The notes under the pieces: model-generated
What the model was told of the DNA's origin: nothing
Databases searched by the model: none
What the model saw: the letters and a program-made list of their open reading frames with translations, nothing else
Part shown: in pieces, positions 28,883-40,800 of the stretch
How positions within the stretch are numbered: the first letter of the stretch is position 1
Layout: every line of letters starts with the position of its first letter
Virus record (IMG/VR): IMGVR_UViG_3300030060_008361
Span: 33,257 to 97,256 of that record
DNA length: 64,000 nt
Source of the DNA: a virus
Reading direction: 5' to 3' (one strand)
Made by a program: the position numbers and the translations under genes

Positions 28883-31800
28883 GTGAATATAAAATTTTAG
28901 GTGACAACCAAGAAGAGCAAAGAAAACTTACAATTCTTGGCTCTGGAAAGTACGAAAGAATATCTGCTGATAGTAATGCTGCCTTCAACGAAGCTGCTGA
29001 GTCGAACAAGTATGTTGAAGAGTACAAGAAACTAGTTGAAAGAGTTTTACCGAATATAGACACAAGGGAGCCGAGCACTTTTGCTTTTTATGGTAGTGCA
29101 GAAAAGTATTATGAAAACTCCTTCAAATACATTCAAAATTCATATCCCTATGATGGCTCAAGACTGGAAAAAGTACAATGGTCCCTCAGCGCATCAGCAA
29201 TTGATTTGGCAATACTTCAACATGAGTACCCAAAAGAAACCGGCTTTGTAAACTTTTCTCCATCCGGATGGGGCACAATATCTACAACGTCTGGTAAGTA
29301 TGGTCTACCATCAACACAAGAATACATAAAATTTTCTGGAGGGCCATACGTTGGATCAGTATTTGATGCTTCCACCGGCCGCGAAAGCGGACTAAAAATA
29401 AATCCAACTCAAGGAAACACTTTGGAGTTTTGGCTTAAGAAAGACGAGTTTGCCACAACAAAGACAGATTCAGAGGTGGTTTTTGATTCCTATACCATTG
29501 ACTACGCCGAGGGAAACTCTTCTTACGGTAGATTTTTGCTAGAAGTTTCCTCAAGTGCGAATTCGCCATTTTATCTAACATACATGTCAGGCACAACAGG
29601 AATCAACAGAAGTCAAATCGGAGCCGGCACTACAGCTGCTACGGTAGCAGATGGTAACTGGCACCATTACGCTTTTGTTGTGTTTCATAGCAGTTCTCAT
29701 CTTTATACCGAGCTTTATGTTGACGGCAAATATGATTCAACTAAAACAACAGCTATAGCTTCAATGGGCGATGTAGAAGACTATTTTAACGGTACAATTG
29801 GCGCTCTGGCTACAACAAAAGATTCCCAAGGTGGCTTGGGGTATGGTAAGCTTGATGGATCTATAGATGAGTTGAGGTTCTGGAAAACAAGAAGAACAGC
29901 AAAGGATGTAGGGAACTACTTTGACTTCCCGGTTCATGGGGCAACAGACAAAGAACAAATAAACAGCATACTTGGATTGTACTATAAATTTAACGAAGGC
30001 GTACTATCGGACCCAAGCGCAGATAAAGTAATTTTGGATTATTCGGGAAGACTAAACAATGGAACTTTTGTTGGGTATACGTCTTCTTCTAGAAATACAG
30101 GGTCGGCTATAACATTAAGTCAAGACACGGTAACTACAGAAAAAGAACTAGGGGATCCCATAATAAACTCCAATTCGAGCAAAGTTACATCAGCCTTACA
30201 GGTCCTGAAAGATATCGCGAGCCCTCACGATGAATATAATAATTCCTCTATATTTAAATCTGTACCTCAATGGGCTTATGAGCCAGCGGCCGGCTCCAGT
30301 AACTTGGACAGTGAATTTTCTATTTTACTTCAAACGATGGCAAGCAAGTTTGATTCAATAAAACTTTTGATAGATGGTATACCGAGACTCGGGTTTAAAA
30401 CTTATTCAGACTTTACTTTTGCAAAAGGGTCTGTAAATTATACCCAAAACTTTGGTACTCTTCTTGGGTGCCAAAGCGACTTTGATATAGCATTTAGCAA
30501 CCTTGGAGAGACTGATAAGTTTTCAGCTCAAAATCTTCTATCTAGAAACTTTGATATTCTGGAATTACCCATAGTAAATAAGTCAAATTTAGACCAATAT
30601 TTGTATAATTTAAAATTTTCTAAGACCGATCCTACAACCGGGTTAGGGTCTTTCTTAGTGGATTCAAAATCAGAAGACATAAAGAATAAGATTCTAAACT
30701 CTATTTATGTAAATCTAGATAAAATATACAACACAAAGGGAACTCTATCTTCTTTTAGAAACTTGATTCGGTGCTTTGGTGTTGATGAAAAGTTGATTTC
30801 CCCAAATATGTATGGGAACAATGAGCAGATACCGATCGATAACACGCCGTTTATTGAGCCTGTTGATATAAACGCTCTGTGCCTAGATGACAAAAACAAC
30901 CAAGTAACACTTTTTCAGTCCTCTTCTACATCAACAGAAGATAGGCACTATATAGAAGGTAAAAGTTCTGGACCGATTTCTTTTGAGACCAGAGTTATAT
31001 TTCCAGAAATGGACTTATCTTCTGTAAGCCCAACGACCACAAATACTAGTATCTTTGGATTAAACCGAACAGAAACAACGCACATAGGCATTCCAGCTGC
31101 TAATCACTGCGGCTTTAGGGTTAGCGCTGTAAAGCAATCTTTACACCATAAATCAGCATACTTTACTTTATCTAGCTCAGCCGGAATTTTTGATGAAATT
31201 ACGACAGACTATTATAACAATGTATACAGCAATTCAAATTGGCACCTTTCTGTAAGGTTCTCAGAAGACACGTCAGTAAAACTATCAGATTTTAATGTAA
31301 AGGGCACTAAAAAATATAAAGTAGAGTTTAGTGGGCATCATTATGATTTAGATGTCTTACTTCATAGCTTTAACTTGTCATCATCAATAAGCCAAGCAAA
31401 TTATTCAAACTTTATACAAGCTAATAAAAGCGTATTCATAGGTGCTGAAAGAGCAGATATAACAGGATCATTAAGCAAAAAAACAGAGTGTAAATTCTTA
31501 AACTTTAATGTATGGGATGATTACTTAGAAAATACAGAACTTAAAACGCATGCTCAATCATATAACAATAACGGTCGCCTGCTGCCCATGCAGCAAGTCG
31601 ACAATAATCAATCTGACACTTCATTAAAGGGTGACACGCTTGTTTTAAATTGGCAATTTGAAAACGTGTCGTACAACGACACTAACACAACTTTGACAGT
31701 CACAGATAGCACTAGTGGGTCTTTAGGCGATGTAAACAAACTCGGAGTAATCAAAGGGTATAAATACCCAGGAACTACAACGGCTTATGGCAATAAGGCA

Positions 31801-34800
31801 GATATAGTAGATAAAGAACATTTAGGAAATATTACATACAAAGAAATAGATAACTTAATATCTCGCCCAAGAGTTGAAATAAAAGAAAGAGAAGTTGACG
31901 TTTTCAAGCTTGACAGTAGACCTGTTTCTTATACGTTTTCTTACGAAAAAAGCATGTATCAGATTGTCTCTAGAGAGATGCTTAAGATGCTTTCGGGTGT
32001 TTCCGTATTTAACAACTTGATAGGAGAGGTAGTCAATAAATATAGGGTTGATTACAAGTCACTTGAAAAATTAAGAGAAAGATTTTATAAGCAAGTAGAA
32101 AACGACATAGATTTTGAAAGATTTGTAGAGTTTTATAAGTGGATGGATTCATCCCTTGGGGGCATGCTTGAACAATTACAGCCGGCTTCTTCTAATATGA
32201 ACCTTGGAATTCAAGACGTCGTTGAGAGTCACGCTCTTGAGAGAAATAAATATGCCCACATGCTTCCTACTTTTGAGCACAAGGATCCTAAAATTGAAGG
32301 ACAAATATTAGGTATAAATGAGCTTCTTTACGACTGGGAACACGGCCATGCGACTCCACCGGCAGCATCTACCGCAACAATCACTTTTACCGGAACCGTC
32401 GCTGATCAACCCGAAGCTCTAATAATAACCTCCGTAGACGCAGATGGAGCAAGGACAACGAAAACTTACCTGGCAGCCGGCGGAAATGATGCCGCCAGTG
32501 GCCAATTCGTCCGTGAGGGTGGCGTCGCAGCCACTGCAGCTGGTCTTAAAGCAGCGATTGAACACAACGTGCGTGGCCATGGCAACAAAATCACAGTATC
32601 AGTTGACGGAGGCGTGGTAACCTTAACCCAAGCGGCAAAAGGCAAAGCTGGTAATGTATCCATCGGCGGAACCTTAAATAGTGATGGCAATGCTTCCGTA
32701 TCAGGCTTCTCAGGCGGCACTGGCCTAGACCAAGCTGAAAACTGCCTTTGGTGGCAAGATAGAGCAGAGAGAGATGGAGTGCTGACAATAGCAGGCGCAC
32801 CAAATAACAATAGAGAAATCCTAAGAGAAAGGACAAATAATATTTCTGTAAGTGGTTCAACTTATGTCTTGCGTAAGCTTATAAGACCATATAAAGTAAC
32901 AATGAATAAATCAACGTTGCTAGATATGGGCTCCAACAGAAATGCTAATAAAATACAAGGTTTCTACAAAATAGTAAACTCAAACCCACAAAAACAAATA
33001 AGCTTGAGTAAGAGCGATATATACGAGTTTAAAAAGTGCGACGATGTTACAGACCCACAAAAAGAAAGGCTGTATGTTGCAAAAACTAATACGACAGGAA
33101 CATCTGGCTACCTGGATGTTGATGCTGATGCAGCATTTCCGTTTAGTCTTTATAGTTCATCAGCTGAAAACAGGCAAGATTTTGCGGTTTTTCAGGATGG
33201 TTTAGCAGTAACCAACAATCACGATGACCAAAGAGCGTCCTTACAAGGTCCGTTTGTTAGAGAGAATGTTGGTGGTATGCCACACAGAAGGGTAAAATTT
33301 GGAACAGATAAGGATGAAAGACCAGAAGCATATGCTCTTTCGGCTAATAGTAATACTCTAACACTAAGCAGAGTGCCTCTAGGGTCTCCTAAATCACAAA
33401 TCTCGCTTGGCCAACAAGCGGTATATAACGTGACTAATATAAAGACAGACACCTTATCTAGTGTTAAGAAAGTTGGAAACTATGACAAAGCATACGAAAT
33501 AGTACAAATAGCCGGCAGAAAGTTAAACAACAGGCTCTTGACTATTAGTAGTAGCATACCTAACAGCCCAATAAGGGCGGGCTTTATAAAGGATACTGTT
33601 GATTATAAAATTGCTGACCGACCTAGAAGCGAGCATATTTTTGTAAGTAGATTTTCATCTCCCGGAGGCCCAGAGACCCATGCTGCAGCTGCCAGAGATT
33701 TTGAGTCAGGGGAGCTTTCAATATACAACACAGTAAACTATAGAAATTTATCAGTAAGGCAGCCACTAAACAAATTACATTCAGAGAAAAATGAAAAGTC
33801 AGGCTACCGTCTGGGCCATGGCACAACAGCTGCAACTGCAACTATAAAAGTCACCGACGCCGGCGGAGTGGGCCACGGCGAAGTTTTTAAATTGTCCACG
33901 TTTAACGGTGTTGAAATTACATACACCATTAATGGCGGAGTTGCGCAAGCAGCCGGTGGCGGCTCTGGCACCTCTGCAACAGTCGGTTTTTCAGGGGTTG
34001 GCGGCGGAGCAACCGGCAAGGTTAATGCAGCTAGCGCTATTGCTATAGCAATCAATGCCACCACCGGCGCCGGCTTCATAGCAGAGTCAGATGGTGTTGA
34101 TACTGTTACAGTGACACAGACACAACTAGGCGCCATAGGAAATAGAGTGAATGTTGATACAGTTAGTGGCGTAACTATTTCAAACTTTGCTGGTGGAAGT
34201 GATGGCATGCCATCTGTACATATGACGAACAGAAACTTATTCCACTCAGTTGTGGACAATGAGATTGACAACGCCGCAACAAAATCAGACAATTTCTATG
34301 CTCAGCACCCAATACCACAAAATGACATTCAGTATGCTTGGATAACTGCTAGTACCACAACAGGAAAAACGGACTTTGTAGAAAATAATCTGGGCTTTGG
34401 CCACCAACACACGTATTCTACTGGAAGTAAAAAAGCTTTAGAATTTACAACTAGTAAGACATTCCAAAACCCTGTACTGGTACAGGAGTTTATCGGTTCC
34501 GGCTCTGTAGCGGATTCAAACCCAGCAAATATGCTTGGGTATTCTATCACTTCTCATGGTGACTACGTGGCTGTTGGCGAGCCTGATGCGGTAATAGATG
34601 GGTTTAGAGAAGCCGGAAAAGTACATATTTACAAAAAACTAGCAGGAAGATTTAAAGAAGTACAAGTGCTTCAAGGTTCTGATGCTCGCAGCGGCGCAAC
34701 GAGTAGTGAAAAACAGTTTGGCTTTTCGGTGTCTATGAAGAAAAATATACTTGCTGTTGGCTCAAGGCAAAGTAATACCGCTAGTTACGATGATGGCCAT

Positions 34801-37800
34801 AACGCTCAAGGTAAGGTTGTAATCTTTGAAAGGCTCGGCGGCTCTGACTCTTGGACACAAACAAGAGAAATCGGCCCGCCGACCACTCATGCCCAAACAT
34901 ACAGCTATTTTGGACAATCATTAGAATTTTCACCAGATGGAGAAACACTAATTGTTGGCGCGCCTGAGGATGACACAGTATCTTCTAATCATGGAGCAAT
35001 AATAGTTTTTGATAGATCAAGCAGATATCAGTTTACTCACTTTTTAACATCCTCAGCTGGCACTGCTGATTCACAGATTGGCTTTACAGTATCTTTCGGC
35101 AAAACAACAGACAATATAGAAACTATCGCAGCAGGAGCACACAGACTGGATGGCGGTCGCGGCAAAGTAGAGATTTTTGAATATAAATATATCGATGCTG
35201 CAACAGGCACAACGTGGAGAAATACACAAACTTTAACAGCACTAGATAACAATGCCAATGATAATTTTGGTTATTCTGTAGGCATAGAGAGTGATTACCT
35301 TGTTATTGGAGCACCAGGAGACAATTCTAGCCTAGGTTCGGCATATATTTTTCAAAAAATTGATGGGACTTGGAAGCAGATACAAAAGCTCAACCCAAAA
35401 GGCGTAACAGGATCCTATAGGATTGGATATAAAGTATCGATAAAAAATGGAGTCATATATCTTGGAGGCTATATAAATGATTCAGACGCTCAAGGGGCAG
35501 TCTTAGTTTATGAAAAAATAGGCTCACAGTGGGCTGAAGTAAAGACAATACTAACAACTGATTATGATAGAGTCACCGAAGATGGAACTACTGATGTAGA
35601 GGCGTTTTCGATAGAGATACTACCTGTTGATGATCTTTTGTTTGTGGGTGCCTCACGAACAACGGTTAGTTCTAATATAAAGGGTTCTCTTTACATACTG
35701 GAAAGAAAAGGAAAAAGCTGGGCAGATGTACAAGTAAATTATGCCGGAATTAATTTGGGTATTGTTGAAGAGGTAGATATTGATAACAACACTATACAAC
35801 CTCTGACAAAGACTACGATAGGTCAGTTGTTGCTACATAGGCAGGGCCCATATGGTTGGCCAACCTGGAAACAGCTCAGGGGGTATCAACACCCAGTTGC
35901 CAGAGCGCACAAAAAAAATAACATATATTCAGTTGCTTACATAGAGCAGTACCCAGATCCATTTGAGTTCAACAGAAAATCAATACTCATGTCTGGAAAC
36001 AGTGCAGATTCAACATATTTAGAAATTGATAAAACCAGGGAAATATTTAAAAATAAATCAGAAATATCTTTATTTGCTTGGATTAAACATCCGCAAGCTG
36101 ATGACTCAGAGTCACACAACCTTTTCGCTATAAACACAGGCACAGGTGGCAATCGATTTGCTTTTTCGATAAAAGGAACACAAGCTTATACTTTTGACGC
36201 CCCCGGTGTCCTTGCGATATATCAAACTCCGAATGTTGGCTGGAAAATGTCATCCGGTATTCGCATCGACGACAACGAGTGGCACCACATTGGATTTACT
36301 TACAGGCAGTTAAGTACAACCTCTGGAGAAATAGAACTTTTTCTGGACGGAAAATCACAAGGCAGTAAAATAACAGTTGGTGCTTTCTCTAATATAGTCG
36401 ATGGCCAAAAAGATAAAGTTAGTATTGGTCATGAATTCGACGGATCACTAACTACTAGTGATTTTTGGAAAGGGTACATATCTGATTTTGCAATTTGGGA
36501 CAAGCAACTTACAGATGTTGAAGTTGCAAGCCTAATAAGGCATGAAAAGCCAACTGATGACTCGCGATTTCGAGGCCTTGCTAATCGTTTTCACCCTGAA
36601 AATAAATCAAAAGCAGGTCTGAAATCATTCGGACCAATCGATTTACGCACACACGATACCTTTAATAGACTCCAGGTTTGGTATAGGATGGGTGATGGAT
36701 CCCGAAATAATTTAAAAGATTCTATAAAAGCTAGATTTTTAACTGTCGAGGACTCTATACACAAAATATACAACAACGCCAACATCGGCAGCCGCGGCTA
36801 CTATCATGCCAGGCCAACAGGCTCGGCCAGCAACCAGAGCATGACCATTGTAGACGTGAGGAACGAGCTACCAGGTACTGTAATGAATAGGCATGCCCAA
36901 CGAGACCGTCCAAACGGCAAACTACAATACAGGTCTCAATTTGGCAACCCGGCTCTCAGCCCGGGCATGAACAGCGGGTATCGATACGCCCGGGACAGCA
37001 TGTTCCGAAAAAAACTTACTGGAATGTTCGATGTAGAAAATCCATATGAAAGAGCAAGATACTTAGATGATCACGGACCTAAAGTTGAAGACTTGGCCAC
37101 AAACAACTTTGTGTACGGTACCGTTTCAGACCACAGGAGAAATGTTAATTACAAAGACATACCAGTAACAGAAAGATTTAACCCGATGGTCATGACCGTA
37201 CACTCAGAAAATGCCCCATTGCTTTTCCATGACCCGGAAAATTTAAGGGTCATACCAGGAGAGGCGTTTCAGTCAATAGAAGACCCCAGAAGCCCAAGGC
37301 ATTTCGATGTGCGCCACAATACAGAAGATATAGATCAGCAAAAAAGAGAATTGTCTTGGAACCTAGACCAAGCCTATTATGCTTCTTTTACAAAAAATGT
37401 CTCTTACGGTAAAAAAATTGACCTTTGGAAAGACAACCCATATATGACGCCTTTTGGCCAAGTTGGAATTAGAAAGACATTTCAAAATGATATCACTACT
37501 TTTGCTGAAATGCTAATATTGACAGACTCCAACAAAGAAGAAGACAAACGTAATACTTTCACTCCTCTTTTTAATAATATAATTAAAAAGAATGATGAGG
37601 GAAATAAGAAGCTTATAGAGATAAATTACATAGAGAAGATATACCCTAGAGAAATTAATACTTTTACAAAGCATGCCCGTGAACGAGAGCAATATGATTT
37701 TCATGGATGGAAAAAATTACGTGATAATAGAAATGTTCTTTTAAGTGGTAATGTTAACCACTTTAATGACGAAGCGCTTCTTAAGTTGTCTACAGTTTCC

Positions 37801-40800
37801 GCTTTTCCTCACTATACAACTAACGATGAAAATAATGATAAAAAATCATTTTTTGGAACATTTGATGCTTTGGACGTTAGGTTGAGCACAAACACAACTA
37901 ATTTGCCAATAGTTTGTAATATAAGCGCATCAGTTTGGCCCCTAGATTCAAGAAAGGTCTTTACAGAGCTGCCGGTTGAGATTGGGCAATCCTACTTTAA
38001 CGATGCGGATAATTTCTTACAGTCTCGCGACCAAGGCACTCGCGCAGAGGGCATTCTACAAAATGATTTTAGTACATTCCCATTAGGGTATAATGGCCTA
38101 TATGGTACGCCTCCTTTTTCAATGGTCTATAACAGAAGAATCCCTCAGGCAATGTTAGGAAAGTATGATGTTGTAGATGACGTTTACAGTGACACCATAA
38201 ATACGGCTCACTTTACTACGACGGACGGTAACAATTCAACAGTTCCGCACAGGCAAATAAATAATACAGATATAACCCTGGGTACAACTGGGGTTACGCA
38301 TTCTAGTGCTAGCGTCTATATGACGGTTCTTTCCGGTCACACTTCAAATGCTGACGGGAAGCTTAATATAATAGAAGAAATATCAGGCAGTACAAGTCTT
38401 TCAATATTTTTCTGGGCAACCAGAGCAGAGGTTTATGCGACAGGGTTTGAAGCAACTGATTCAGCTGACGACATTTACGTTGAGTATTCTCCGGTTTCAA
38501 ACTTTAGCAGTGGTGTTGCCACTGTGTCAGAAAGTTTTAAGAAGTCTTCGACAACAACTTCCACTGATCAACTAGAGAGTCTTAGTAACTCCTCTGCCGG
38601 TAGAATACAAAGAGATGATCTACCAAACAGTTCGACACTAGATTATTACAAGATAGATATCTCAGTACCAGTTAATGGGGGTTTTTACAGGTTAAGAAAG
38701 GAGTCTGATGCATCTCCAGGCTTTGGGGACACTGTAGCGATATTCGAATTTGGGTATTCTACTCAACGAGCAGGCGAGTTTCTTGCTGGCGAAGCTATGT
38801 GGGAGGCTACCTCTGGAACCTTGGGTCCCTTTTATGATTCTTATAAAGAATATTCTTTTGGGGATATAAGACTAATTGCACAAGATCACTCAGTGATACC
38901 TGAATTTAGAATGAGCGAATTTGTCGAAGAGGTACTCAACAACGAAAGAACCTACCCAGAGAATGACTCTATAGAAGACCCGCTTTCGTATTGGCCAGAC
39001 TTTTTATCATTAACGGGCGCCATACATCAAAAGTCATCAGGTGACTTGGATATAGGCGGCCAGTTTTTTAAAACATATTCAAACAGTGATTTTCTAAAAT
39101 ATTTTGAAGTGGTAGATAATGAAATAACACATCATCAGCACCCCGTTACGCATACTAGGTTGACTTTAAAATGTAAAGCAGCCATGAAGTTTTTACCATA
39201 TAGGGGGTTTTACCCTGCGGAAAGAGTTGTACAAATTTGTGACTTGTTTCACAAAAATTATTTAAGCGACGATGTATTGAATAGTTTAGCTCAAAAAAGA
39301 AACGATTCCGGAATAGTGATGACGACTTCTAATACAAGGAAATATCTTAACCTTCGAGCAAACGCTTCAAGATATCAAGCTACTAAGCCCCTTTTCGGCC
39401 CGGGCGTTTTAATGAACTCTATTAAAGCTGGCGTCGCTGTAGACTATCCGATTTTTACGGGAAGTTTTGATACCGTGTCATCTAGACTACCAACAACCGC
39501 ATCTCTTAAGATTTTTTCAACTCTTAATATACCTAATAGTACAACGTTTACAGGATCAATAATTAACAACACAGAAGATGACGGAATGCCAAGAATAAAA
39601 AGTTCAGTCACTAGAAGAGTTAAGTTTGAAGATATGCTCAATCCTTCAAATTTATTTAGTGAAAATATTTTTGACAATGAGCCTCATCCAAGCGCAAGTT
39701 TACAATATGGAACAAAACATTGGAATAGGATAATCGAGCGCCCTGCTGTATTTGGTTCGTTTGAGAAAGATTCGTTATTAGACGACTTGGGGGTTTCGTT
39801 TGAAAATACCGAAATAGGGTTTGCAAATCAAATTTCGCCTTACACTCGGGCAATTCATAACTTTGCTGCTGAGACGGTCAACTTCTTTGTTGAAGACGGT
39901 CATTTGACAACTTTAATATCAAAGCCCATTGATGAGTATTTTGTTTCGGGTGAAACGCACAAAATGAGGGTTAGATTAACGAATGTTAATAACGTCATGT
40001 ATGACAGACATTCAGCATTCGGTCCACCGGTCGATGATTCGGGCAACGGCCTGCAATTGAAAAAATTAACATTGGTTTCGCAGCCATCAAACGCCTCATT
40101 GAGTTTGACGCTTGATGACCCAGACAACTATTCTTCTTTACTGTCAACAATTGTTGATGTTAATCAGCTGCCTGCTATTACTGCCTCGTCAGTTGATAAC
40201 TCCACGTCTGCTAGAAAGGTTATAATTAAATTTTATAGCGCCAATGCCGCATGGTCAGTACCCCCTGCGGACAACTATTCAGACGACACAACATCCGCCG
40301 CGGGCCCTGTTTTGTATGTTAATGTTGATACACCTGCAGCCGGCGCCGATCCAGACGAAAGAAAGAGTTCTATGGCCTCTTCTATAAAAGATCATCTAGA
40401 TAGGTCAGAAGCAGTAAAAGATTATTGGACAACTTCTGTAAGCGGAAACTCCCTATCTATATCAGCAAATTGGTTTGGATCAGCGAGCGGCGTTAGTTTT
40501 TCAACAGTTGACGCGGATACAATTGCTATTTTATCATCTTCAACAAAACCAAGAGTATTTGTTGAGTCTAGTTCGATATCTTTCTCGGGAGGACAAGCAG
40601 AAAACCAAGCAACATACACTTCAACTACGGAAACCATAACATCTTCACACGGATTTATGCCGTATGTTCCTCCGTTTTTGGATCCAAATTCTAGTCCATA
40701 TGTTGAAATATCTTTCACACCAACAGAAACAAAAAATTTCTCAGCCGAAGAGATAATACAAAATTCAACATATGAGTATTACAACTTTAAAGCAACACCA

